IMG/VR virus record: IMGVR_UViG_3300027917_000040
Location: 1-64,000 of that record
Direction: 5' to 3' (one strand)
From: a virus
Length of the DNA stretch: 64,000 nucleotides
Below are positions 1 to 6,721 of the stretch, piece after piece. The position numbers and the translations under genes were made by a program. A model generated the notes under the pieces. The model saw only the letters and a program-made list of their open reading frames with translations, did no database searches and was not told the origin of the DNA. The first letter of the stretch is position 1. Each line of letters opens with the position of its first letter.

Positions 1-4
1 CGAA

Positions 5-151
5 ATGTTGACTGCTCGTGAACAATTAATGGAGGACATTGATTGTATCATCAATAATTACTTTGAATACTTTGATGTTAATTATGACGAAGAACTTGTA
101 AAAGTCTTGTGTGATGCTGTCTGCCGCAACTTTCCTCTAACTGACACCTGA
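5..151 (+). CDS. Small acidic early protein (48 aa, MLTAREQLMEDIDCII...LCDAVCRNFPLTDT)
   Basis: Translated by hand (below the ORF-track cutoff): ATG at 5, TGA at 149-151. Shares REQ-x-x-EDI and LC-x-x-x-x-x-NF motifs with ORF 2556-2750. Confidence 0.75.
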   Translation: MLTAREQLMEDIDCIINNYFEYFDVNYDEELVKVLCDAVCRNFPLTDT

Positions 152-199
152 TTAACTGTCACAAGGGGTCTTGTGTTCTCATAAGATCCCTGCCATACT
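141..199 (+). promoter_or_regulatory. Early promoter cassette: palindrome CTGACA..TGTCAC, hairpin 165-190, TTGTGT-17-CATACT
   Basis: Motif order and spacing match the other island promoters. Confidence 0.6.
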
Positions 200-223
200 T
201 CATTTGTTCACCACTCAGTTCTC

Positions 224-685
224 ATGTCTTACACTCAGTTTGTTGGAACTGCCAAGTGCCGTGTGGCACCAGATTTCGATCTGAACCAGTTTTTGATGTC
301 AACTGCCGATTGGATTGGCAACAATGTTGATGATCAAGAAAATGAGAATCTAAGTGCTAATGATAAAGAAGCACTGTGGCATTATGAAGATCGAACTCAC
401 GAAGCAGTTTGTGATGATCTTTCAGGTTATTTGCAACTTACTGGTGATCAACTACTGATCAATGTGGATTCTGAAGAACAGAATACCATGATTTGGGATT
501 GGTTGATTGATCAAGTGTTGCATTCTGCGATGGTAAGTAACATCATGGAGATCAATTCTGCCACCATTGATTCACGAATGGGGGTCGAATGCGGTGTTTC
601 TTATTACACCAAGGATGGTGATTTCATCGGTTCTGATGATGTATTTGACATCCTGGAGAAGACAGTTCTCAAACCGTCCACCTGA
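224..685 (+). CDS. Hypothetical acidic early protein (153 aa)
   Basis: Long ORF just downstream of a promoter cassette; its stop lies inside the next cassette. Confidence 0.8.
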   Translation: MSYTQFVGTAKCRVAPDFDLNQFLMSTADWIGNNVDDQENENLSANDKEALWHYEDRTHEAVCDDLSGYLQLTGDQLLINVDSEEQNTMIWDWLIDQVLHSAMVSNIMEINSATIDSRMGVECGVSYYTKDGDFIGSDDVFDILEKTVLKPST

Positions 686-718
686 GGGGTTGACTCCCTC
701 CCATTTCTGCCCTACACT
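661..718 (+). promoter_or_regulatory. Early sigma70-type promoter TTGACT(690)-17-TACACT(713) with upstream box and short hairpin
   Basis: Near-consensus -35 and -10 with a 17-bp spacer; GAGGG..CCCTC flanks the -35. Confidence 0.8.
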
Positions 719-743
719 GTCCAAGTAATCAAAAGAGGCACCA

Positions 744-989
744 ATGCTTTTCAAGTTCGACTCCACTGCCATCTACTCTGTCAAGTGTGAGAATGGCAAC
801 GGTGAGGTTTCTGTGACCTACCGCTCCAACCTCGACAAGTCTTATGACTTTGAGACGGGTGATTCCTTCATCATCGAAGCGTTCTGCACTGAGAACTGCA
901 TCGACGGCAATGCCGAAGAGAAGCAGTCCATCGGCAAGCAGATCGCCCAGTGGAAGAAGGATGGCATCCTGACCCCTGTGACGGTCTGA
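744..989 (+). CDS. KTSC-like small protein (81 aa)
   Basis: STAIYSV..V.V.Y.SN..KSY.F..SIGKQI pattern resembles the KTSC domain; paralogous to 6804-7094. Confidence 0.6.
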   Translation: MLFKFDSTAIYSVKCENGNGEVSVTYRSNLDKSYDFETGDSFIIEAFCTENCIDGNAEEKQSIGKQIAQWKKDGILTPVTV

Positions 990-1036
990 GGAGTGTCCAC
1001 CAGGGGGCAGCAATGCCCCCACCCTGCCCCTATACT
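978..1036 (+). promoter_or_regulatory. Early promoter cassette: GTGACGGTCTGAGGAGTGTCCAC, hairpin GGGGGCA-GCAA-TGCCCCC (1003-1020), TATACT (1031)
   Basis: Perfect 7-bp stem at the -35 position; the -10 lies 30 bp after the box. Confidence 0.75.
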
Positions 1037-1059
1037 GACATCAGTTCAAACAACCGGAC

Positions 1060-1353
1060 ATGTTCCACACTTTTGCCAACAAAGGTTTCCAAGTTACTTT
1101 TGCCAACGGGTGGAAGGTCAGCGTAATGTTTGGCGCGGGAAACTACTGCCAAAATCGGTTTGAGGATGTTGATTATCGTGCAACTGTTCCCGTTTGGGGA
1201 TCCTGGCACAGTGAAGATGCAGAAATTGCAGTGTTCACTCCTGATGATGATTTCTCTACCGATTTTCCAGGGTGTCCCGAAGGGGATCAAGTTCTGGGGT
1301 GGATCACCCCGGAAACTATGCTGGAGATTATGACCTGGGCTTCTAATCAGTGA
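1060..1353 (+). CDS. Conserved-type phage hypothetical protein (F.NGW.VSV.FG.GNYC motif)
   Basis: ORF track; lies between two promoter cassettes. Confidence 0.8.
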   Translation: MFHTFANKGFQVTFANGWKVSVMFGAGNYCQNRFEDVDYRATVPVWGSWHSEDAEIAVFTPDDDFSTDFPGCPEGDQVLGWITPETMLEIMTWASNQ

Positions 1354-1355
1354 GT

Positions 1356-1412
1356 GTGACGGTTTGAGGAGTGTCCACTGGACCTAGGCATGTCCCAAAA
1401 CTGCCCTACACT
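1356..1412 (+). promoter_or_regulatory. Early promoter cassette: GTGACGGTTTGAGGAGTGTCCAC ... TACACT (1407)
   Basis: Box is 22/23 identical to 978-1000. Confidence 0.75.
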
Positions 1413-1433
1413 GTCTTCAGTCGCAACAAAGCA

Positions 1434-1604
1434 ATGGCATTTGTTTCCTGGTCTGTTCACCCGCTCTACGACGAGCAGGACAAGGAGTTCTTCACCAGTG
1501 AAGATCACGCCCTGGATGTTGCCTACGATTGGTCGGCACAGACCCATGGGCGGACAATGATCATCCAACGGGATGGTCAGGAGTGGATGTGGGTCACTGC
1601 CTGA
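1434..1604 (+). CDS. Hypothetical early protein (56 aa, MAFVSWSVHP...)
   Basis: Start reassigned to the ATG downstream of the promoter -10, in frame with track ORF 1371-1604. Confidence 0.7.
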   Translation: MAFVSWSVHPLYDEQDKEFFTSEDHALDVAYDWSAQTHGRTMIIQRDGQEWMWVTA

Positions 1605-1649
1605 AGTGTCCACTGGGGGTCTCCGGATCCCCACTCCATGCCCTATACT
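1593..1649 (+). promoter_or_regulatory. Early promoter cassette: ..AAGTGTCCAC, hairpin GGGGGTC-TCCG-GATCCCC (1615-1632), TATACT (1644)
   Basis: Same architecture, with a 30-bp box-to-10 spacing. Confidence 0.7.
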
Positions 1650-1671
1650 GATTCCAGTCGCAACCAAGACC

Positions 1672-2058
1672 ATGCATCGCAATCAAAACGGCGAAGAAGT
1701 GCTCCACAAGGAAACCGTCAGGGTTTACCGCAACCTGCGTGATGGTTGCTGGAGCATCCAACGTAAGATCCCCGGCAAGGGTTGGAGGGTCTGGTTGCGT
1801 TGGGATTACGTTGTGCTCGACAATGCCCACTTCGTTGTAGACGAAAAGGGACGCAACCGTGTTCGCAAAGAGGGCAAAAAGTATGTTCATGCATACTGCT
1901 ATGGCACTCTCATGGCAAACACTTTAGGTTGCAATGAGAAGATGGTAAGGGTTAATTACAACCCATACCGTGATGATCACTTCAACACTCGACATGGTGA
2001 TGTGTATCAAGCAAACCGAGTTTGGTTAACTCACAAGGGTGAAGTCTTCTGCGAATGA
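1672..2058 (+). CDS. Basic phage hypothetical protein (VYRNL..CWS / GR.RV..E.KK.VHA / YNPY motifs)
   Basis: The motifs match a widespread phage protein family as I recall it; start placed after the promoter. Confidence 0.75.
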   Translation: MHRNQNGEEVLHKETVRVYRNLRDGCWSIQRKIPGKGWRVWLRWDYVVLDNAHFVVDEKGRNRVRKEGKKYVHAYCYGTLMANTLGCNEKMVRVNYNPYRDDHFNTRHGDVYQANRVWLTHKGEVFCE

Positions 2059-2064
2059 TACATC

Positions 2065-2087
2065 AGGGGATCTTATGATCCCCTTTT
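2065..2087. terminator. Intrinsic terminator AGGGGATC-TTAT-GATCCCCT-TTT, possibly bidirectional
   Basis: Perfect 8-bp stem followed by a T run, just after the ORF stop. Confidence 0.75.
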
Positions 2088-2175
2088 GTAATGTTTTTTT
2101 ATAATTATTTTTTAACAGGGTCGGTGTCGATGTATTTTCGTCTACGAGGATACCCCTGCCTCTCATTTGATTGTC
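2065..2175 (-). ncRNA. Candidate small RNA or small ORF from a reverse-oriented early promoter
   Basis: Minus-strand TATACT (2186-2181) lies exactly 30 bp from the palindrome at 2217-2238; the transcript would end at the 2065-2084 hairpin. Confidence 0.4.
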
Positions 2176-2257
2176 CCCATAGTATAAGACCTCACAGGGT
2201 CTCATGGGGACACCTCGGGACAGTTTCACAAGTGTCACAAGGGGATGCGGACGGACT

Positions 2258-2271
2258 CCCCCCCCCCCCCC
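2258..2271. repeat. C14 homopolymer
   Basis: Direct count. Confidence 0.9.
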
Positions 2272-2276
2272 GACCA

Positions 2277-2336
2277 GTGCCAGTTCTCACAAGTGGCACA
2301 CACCCCCTTGATCTCGACGAGATGTGCGTGTATCTT
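2277..2336 (+). promoter_or_regulatory. Early promoter: GTGCCA-N11-TGGCAC palindrome, TTGATC-17-TATCTT
   Basis: Perfect 6-bp palindrome arms, 17-bp spacer, and GGAGG SD before ATG 2359. Confidence 0.75.
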
Positions 2337-2358
2337 ATGAGAGTCAAAGGGAGGCATC

Positions 2359-2559
2359 ATGCTTTTCCAAATCACAGAAATCGAGTTTGATTTTGAGGAC
2401 TCCGAGGGTATTCTACCTGAGGAGCATCAGAAACCCATCATCGAAGATGTTATCGGTGAAATCTGGGAAGCAGAAGATGAAGATGATCTCGTAGAAGAGA
2501 TCACATGTGCCACAGGATGGTGCATCAAATCCCTCGACTATCGCATTGTTCTCTCATGA
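2359..2559 (+). CDS. Small acidic cyanophage hypothetical protein (66 aa)
   Basis: GGAGG SD; ATGA overlap with the next gene. Confidence 0.8.
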   Translation: MLFQITEIEFDFEDSEGILPEEHQKPIIEDVIGEIWEAEDEDDLVEEITCATGWCIKSLDYRIVLS

Positions 2560-2750
2560 CATTCTCAGACATTTGCAAAATGGTTGATTCGATGGAGAAT
2601 GACATCATTTCAACAAGAGAACAAATCCAAGAAGACATTCTTGCATTTGCATCATCAATGGATGATGAAAAGATTTTCTTCACAGATGAAGTCTTAGATC
2701 AACTCTGTGAAATCATTGTTTCCAACTTCAACAATCTTCTCAACAAATGA
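2556..2750 (+). CDS. Small acidic protein, paralog of ORF 5-151
   Basis: ATGA-coupled start; REQIQEDI..LCEIIVSNF motif. Confidence 0.75.
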   Translation: MTFSDICKMVDSMENDIISTREQIQEDILAFASSMDDEKIFFTDEVLDQLCEIIVSNFNNLLNK

Positions 2751-2980
2751 ATCTCACAACTGAACAACTCGATGAAATCATCGAGAAATATTGTGATCGT
2801 GTCGTTGATGAAATGGACACGAAATCAATGGAACAGATGCTCTATGATCTGCTGGTAGATTCTTTTCAATCTGCCAGTCAACATGACATGGAAGACCTCA
2901 TCACATCAATTTATGATGAGGAATACTGGCAGGATCTCGTAGAGGATGTGACACAAGAAAAAGTGTCACAAGATACTTGA
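2747..2980 (+). CDS. Small acidic helical cyanophage protein (77 aa)
   Basis: ATGA overlap with the previous gene; ORF track. Confidence 0.8.
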   Translation: MNLTTEQLDEIIEKYCDRVVDEMDTKSMEQMLYDLLVDSFQSASQHDMEDLITSIYDEEYWQDLVEDVTQEKVSQDT

Positions 2981-3005
2981 CTTCTCATCAAATCTCGACT
3001 AGAAT
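2948..3005 (+). promoter_or_regulatory. Early promoter: GTGACA-N10-TGTCAC palindrome, TTGACT(2977)-17-TAGAAT(3000)
   Basis: Near-consensus sigma70 promoter with a perfect palindrome 30 bp upstream of the -10. Confidence 0.85.
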
Positions 3006-3029
3006 ACACACGTTCATTCATTCATTCCA

Positions 3030-3173
3030 ATGACCAAATCCCTGATGCTCTCCATGCTCCGTCAAGGTTCCACTGGTGAAGAGATCCTTAAGATCCTCGA
3101 CACCATTGTTGCATCCCCTGAGGATGATGCTATCATTGAGAGTGAACCAACTCTAGAATGGATTGAGTTCTAA
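3030..3173 (+). CDS. Small protein (47 aa, MTKSLMLSMLRQGSTGEEILKILD...EWIEF)
   Basis: Translated by hand; follows a strong promoter; TAATG overlap with the next gene. Confidence 0.75.
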   Translation: MTKSLMLSMLRQGSTGEEILKILDTIVASPEDDAIIESEPTLEWIEF

Positions 3174-3361
3174 TGGAAAAAGCATTTGTCTTTCCCAAAT
3201 CTAAAAAGGCAAAGAATCGTTTCGCAAACTTGATGGATAATCTCGACGAGGTTATCATCGAACAAAACAAAGGTGATCGAGTTTTTGTTACATCAATCAA
3301 TGGTAAAAACCATTTTTGGGTGAACATCAATCACGACAAAGATTGGATCATCGAGTTTTGA
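3173..3361 (+). CDS. Small cyanophage hypothetical protein (62 aa, PKSKKAKNRFANLM)
   Basis: Translationally coupled; followed by a terminator. Confidence 0.8.
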   Translation: MEKAFVFPKSKKAKNRFANLMDNLDEVIIEQNKGDRVFVTSINGKNHFWVNINHDKDWIIEF

Positions 3362-3367
3362 TCTTAT

Positions 3368-3392
3368 GAGGGGTTAGCACCCCTCTTTTTTT
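3368..3392 (+). terminator. Intrinsic terminator GAGGGGT-TAGC-ACCCCTC-T7
   Basis: Perfect 7-bp stem followed by T7. Confidence 0.9.
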
Positions 3393-3407
3393 ATGTCTAG
3401 TGGAGAT

Positions 3408-3466
3408 GTGCCAGTTTGAGAGGTGGAACAAATCCCCTTGTGGTGTCTCAGGATCTGTGGGATCTT
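3408..3466 (+). promoter_or_regulatory. Early promoter: GTGCCA..TGGAAC box, TTGTGG-17-GATCTT
   Basis: Degenerate copy of the 2277-2336 element. Confidence 0.55.
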
Positions 3467-3513
3467 ATGTGCATCGGAGGAACACACCCACCACACACCT
3501 CCCGAAACCAACC

Positions 3514-3960
3514 ATGTCCCAGATTGCTGCTCTTCAAACCGAAGTCATCAACCTGCAACAGTCGATGCAAACCATCCAAACTGCGATGGATGCCATCAAC
3601 AGCAAGATTAAAACTCTCACTGAAGCAGAAGAGTTTGATGTCTTTATGCTCAATGAGATGACTCCTTTCTTCGGTGATGATACCTCACGCAACATCATCA
3701 AAGTGTTGCAAAAGTGCCGGACTGAGGATCACAACTATTTCCACTTTTCCCCTGTTTATCAGTGGAAAGGCATCAAAGGTAATCTCGAAAAGCGTCAGTT
3801 GCTGAAACTTATCTCCGCAACTTATCGTGTTAAGTATTCTCGCAATGTGCCCCTGGTGTATTCTCTCCGCAGTGAGATTAAGTATGCCAAGGCATGTCCT
3901 GAGTGTGGTAAACTTGCCTCCGCTTTTTATGATCGTCTGGTGAAAGAAGGCAAGATTTGA
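3514..3960 (+). CDS. Hypothetical early protein with an N-terminal coiled coil (148 aa)
   Basis: Heptad pattern LQTEVINLQQSMQTIQTAMDAINSKI; start placed after the promoter. Confidence 0.75.
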   Translation: MSQIAALQTEVINLQQSMQTIQTAMDAINSKIKTLTEAEEFDVFMLNEMTPFFGDDTSRNIIKVLQKCRTEDHNYFHFSPVYQWKGIKGNLEKRQLLKLISATYRVKYSRNVPLVYSLRSEIKYAKACPECGKLASAFYDRLVKEGKI

Positions 3961-3966
3961 TTATAG

Positions 3967-4019
3967 TGTGACAGTTTATGAACAGGGCACCCACGGTGGT
4001 GCCCACCATGCTGTAGGAT
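3967..4019 (+). promoter_or_regulatory. Early promoter cassette: TGTGACAGTTTATGAACA, hairpin GGGCACC-N6-GGTGCCC (3985-4004), TAGGAT (4014)
   Basis: Perfect 7-bp stem at the -35 position; the box is intermediate between the two box classes. Confidence 0.65.
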
Positions 4020-4044
4020 GATCAAGTCGTCAGGGATTCCTCCC

Positions 4045-4302
4045 ATGCTGAACCTCACCGAACTGGCAACCGAAACCGCCTGGGTCTCCCAGATCGATCC
4101 CGACTTCCAACTGGACGTGTCTGGTCGTGCCCTGTGGGCAGTCTTCTCTGCTGAGTCCCCCGAGGGTATCCCCTCCGATGCCCTGGACTGCCTGGACGTG
4201 CTCACCCCCGAGCAGATGCCCGTCTGGACCCCCTGGATCGATGCCACTGATGAGCAGATCGCAGATGCCCGTTGCTTCCGTTACATTGTGTTGAGCAACT
4301 GA
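4045..4302 (+). CDS. Acidic hypothetical early protein (85 aa)
   Basis: In frame with track ORF 4018-4302; start placed after the -10. Confidence 0.7.
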   Translation: MLNLTELATETAWVSQIDPDFQLDVSGRALWAVFSAESPEGIPSDALDCLDVLTPEQMPVWTPWIDATDEQIADARCFRYIVLSN

Positions 4303-4308
4303 CGCAGT

Positions 4309-4363
4309 GGGGGGCACCGCCCCCCTCCCGTGCTACACTGATCGAGTCAACACGCAACCGACC
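4309..4363 (+). promoter_or_regulatory. Promoter cassette: hairpin GGGGGGC-ACC-GCCCCCC, TACACT (4334), leader GAGTCAACACGCAACC
   Basis: The -10 plus leader is nearly identical to 5718-5750 and 6771-6803. Confidence 0.7.
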
Positions 4364-4364
4364 G

Positions 4365-4505
4365 ATGGATCGCTTCTGCACCACCGCCCAGATCGATGAG
4401 CATCCCCTGATCGACATCTCCCCCGAGGTGATGACCGACGAGCAACTAGCAGCACTGCTGGAGGTGACGGTGGATCAACTGCTGGGTCTCACGCCAACCA
4501 ACTAA
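4365..4505 (+). CDS. Small acidic protein (46 aa, MDRFCTTAQIDE...)
   Basis: ATG directly after the conserved leader; in frame with track ORF 4272-4505. Confidence 0.65.
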   Translation: MDRFCTTAQIDEHPLIDISPEVMTDEQLAALLEVTVDQLLGLTPTN

Positions 4506-4550
4506 CTGGCACAAGGGGCATCGACAGGATGCCCCACTACATGCAACAAT
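4492..4550 (+). promoter_or_regulatory. Promoter cassette: ..AACTGGCAC, hairpin GGGGCATC-GACAG-GATGCCCC (4515-4535), AACAAT
   Basis: Perfect 8-bp stem containing the -35-like TCGACA. Confidence 0.65.
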
Positions 4551-4573
4551 AGGTTCAACCGCAAAGGACACCC

Positions 4574-5299
4574 ATGGCACTGCACTTCTCCACCGGCAAC
4601 GCCAAGATCAACAAAAACACCCTGATCTTCAACCTGCCCGCAGGCAAGACCTGCCCAGGTGCTATGTTCTGCAAATCCTTTGCAGTTGTGACACCTGAGG
4701 GTCGCAAGATTGCTGATGGTCCTCACACTGAGTTCCGTTGCTTTGCTGCATCTGGTGAGGTGCAGTTTGACCAGGTTTTCTTCAACCGTGCCGACAACTT
4801 TCAGCAGGTTTTGGATGTGATGAAGAATGGCAACCTTGCCGACTTTATCAACACCGAACTGCACAAAAACCTCAAGAAAAAGCACACCCGTGTTCGCATT
4901 CATGAGTCGGGTGACTTCTTCAATGCACACTATCTCCAGGCATGGATTATGGTGGCAATGGCAAATCCTACGATCAAGTTCTACTGCTACAGCAAATCCC
5001 TCAACCTTTTTGTAGGTTTGGATCTGCCCAGCAACTTCTACCTCACCGCATCTTATGGTGGCAAGTTTGACTACCTGATCGACGAAGGTTACTTCCCCAG
5101 GTATGCAAAGGTCGTCGAATCCGTGGAGGTTGCTGATGCTCTGGGTCTGCCCGTTGATGTAGACGAACGGCACTGTTTTACTCCCGGTCCTTACGCTCTG
5201 CTGGTCCACAATACCCAACCTAAGGGTTCCGAATGGGGCAAACATGCACGGGCAAACCGTACAGTGAAAAAGGAACTGCGAGCAGCACTGGGGGTGTGA
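4574..5299 (+). CDS. GP88-family protein (Cys-rich, radical-SAM-like)
   Basis: FNLPAGKTCPGA..C..CFA, RVRIHESGDF and FYCYSK motifs are typical of phage 'gene product 88' proteins. Confidence 0.7.
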   Translation: MALHFSTGNAKINKNTLIFNLPAGKTCPGAMFCKSFAVVTPEGRKIADGPHTEFRCFAASGEVQFDQVFFNRADNFQQVLDVMKNGNLADFINTELHKNLKKKHTRVRIHESGDFFNAHYLQAWIMVAMANPTIKFYCYSKSLNLFVGLDLPSNFYLTASYGGKFDYLIDEGYFPRYAKVVESVEVADALGLPVDVDERHCFTPGPYALLVHNTQPKGSEWGKHARANRTVKKELRAALGV

Positions 5300-5355
5300 C
5301 AGTCGGACAACCTGCACACGGGGGCGGGATCGCCCCCCCCTTCATGCCCCATAAT
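5296..5355 (+). promoter_or_regulatory. Promoter cassette: GTGACA..CTGCAC, hairpin GGGGGCG-GGAT-CGCCCCC (5320-5337), CATAAT (5350)
   Basis: Same architecture; the box supplies the TGA of the upstream gene. Confidence 0.7.
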
Positions 5356-5399
5356 GGTTTCAACGGGGGGCAAACGGACCTCCCACCACCTCAAGGATT

Positions 5400-5669
5400 A
5401 TGACCACTTGGAACCCCTACAATCCCTGCAGCGTGGGCGACCTTCGCCTTCCCGCCCAGTTCCAACCGCTGCGGTGGACGCCTTTCTACTGTGACACGAA
5501 GGCAGGTCACCCTACCCGTGCCTGGGTTCACCTGCCTGCCGGTCTGGTGCTCTCCTGGGGATGCCCCGTAGAGCAGGGCGAGGAAGTGGAAGTCTGGTCT
5601 CTGGGATCGCTGCTGCTCACTCGCCCCATGACAGAGCAGGAGCGGATCGACTGGGAGTATGATCTGTAA
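5400..5669 (+). CDS. Trp/Pro-rich hypothetical early protein (89 aa)
   Basis: ORF fills the space between two cassettes; AAGGA SD. Confidence 0.65.
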   Translation: MTTWNPYNPCSVGDLRLPAQFQPLRWTPFYCDTKAGHPTRAWVHLPAGLVLSWGCPVEQGEEVEVWSLGSLLLTRPMTEQERIDWEYDL

Positions 5670-5750
5670 ACCTTTGTGAACAAACGGGGGATCGCCCACG
5701 GTCCCCCCTCCCCAGACGCTACACTGATTCAGTCAACACGCAACGCGACC
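5663..5750 (+). promoter_or_regulatory. Class-2 promoter cassette: TCTGTAAACCTTTGTGAA (HLR1-like), hairpin 5686-5707, TACACT (5720)
   Basis: Repeated at 6034 and 6715; reverse complement reads TTCACAAA-GG-TTTACAGA. Confidence 0.7.
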
Positions 5751-5751
5751 C

Positions 5752-6033
5752 ATGATCGAACTGATCGCCAACGCTTACACCCGCCTGATCCGCATCGGTG
5801 CCCGCAGCATCCTGATTCAGCGTGGACCCCATACCTGCAGCGACCTCGCCCGTGCCATGGGGATCGACCCCGCCAAGCATAAGGGCACGCTGCACGCCAT
5901 CCTGGTGGATCTGGAGCGGGCAGGATCGCTCGCTGCCACCCGGAACGATGCCACCGGCAAGCGGGATCTGTGGTTTGCTGTCCCGGTCGCTGTCCGCAAG
6001 CGGGACGCACTCGCTGCTGCCATCCTGGGGTGA
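5752..6033 (+). CDS. Winged helix-turn-helix protein (93 aa)
   Basis: IL...GP.T.SDLARAMG....L..IL.DLERAG.L...LW pattern. Confidence 0.7.
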   Translation: MIELIANAYTRLIRIGARSILIQRGPHTCSDLARAMGIDPAKHKGTLHAILVDLERAGSLAATRNDATGKRDLWFAVPVAVRKRDALAAAILG

Positions 6034-6107
6034 TCTGTAACGGATTGTGAACAAACGGGGGATCTTCCGGGATCCCCCACGCGATCCGCCCCTGGATGCT
6101 GTAGGAT
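6034..6107 (+). promoter_or_regulatory. Class-2 promoter cassette: TCTGTAACGGATTGTGAA, hairpin GGGGGATC-TTCCGG-GATCCCCC (6057-6078), TAGGAT (6102)
   Basis: Perfect 8-bp stem; repeated box. Confidence 0.7.
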
Positions 6108-6130
6108 TACCTCAGTTCAAACGAACCCCG

Positions 6131-6721
6131 ATGACCACCGCCACCCGCCAGATCACCATCCTGACCCGCGAGGGCGAGGTGACCTTTGCCACCGCCCTGA
6201 CCCTGCCCGAGGCAATCCAGATCCTGCAGGGTCTCCGGAGCAACTTCGCCCAGTCGCTCGCCCAGTCTGCTGCCCGTCGCGGTTTGTCCCCCAAGCAGGA
6301 GGCATGGGCGTTCAAACTGGCACAGGATGCCATCACCCCCGCTGCCCCTGCAGAGCGTAAGGTCGCAGGCGACCTGCAACCGATCCTGGATCTGTTTCAG
6401 CGTCAGAGGGAGCGTGGTGCCAAGCGATTCTCCCTGCGTCTCAACGGTGCCACCCTGTCGCCCTCCCGCGACGGTCGCAACGTGTGGGTTAAGCGTGGCG
6501 ACGCCTTCCTGGGGGGCATCCGTGAGGGCGGTCGCCCTGATCGCTCCATCCCCAGCGACGTGGTGAGCATCCTGCAGGGTGCTGCCAGCGATCCCCTGAG
6601 TGCTGCCGTCGCCTTCGGGCGTGAGACTGGGGAGTGCTCCTGCTGCGGGCGGGAACTGACCGATCCCCGCAGCATCGCCCTGGGGATCGGACCCATCTGC
6701 AAGGACAAGTGGGGACTGTGA
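6131..6721 (+). CDS. Protein with a C-terminal DUF6011-type zinc finger (196 aa)
   Basis: C-terminal CSCCGRELTDPRSIALGIGPIC motif; N-terminal FAQSL..LSPKQ.AW motif. Confidence 0.75.
   Translation: MTTATRQITILTREGEVTFATALTLPEAIQILQGLRSNFAQSLAQSAARRGLSPKQEAWAFKLAQDAITPAAPAERKVAGDLQPILDLFQRQRERGAKRFSLRLNGATLSPSRDGRNVWVKRGDAFLGGIREGGRPDRSIPSDVVSILQGAASDPLSAAVAFGRETGECSCCGRELTDPRSIALGIGPICKDKWGL

Noticed and set aside
2132-2145. NtcA-like site GTA-N8-TAC
   Set aside because: Single 6-bp match with no correctly spaced -10; expected by chance.
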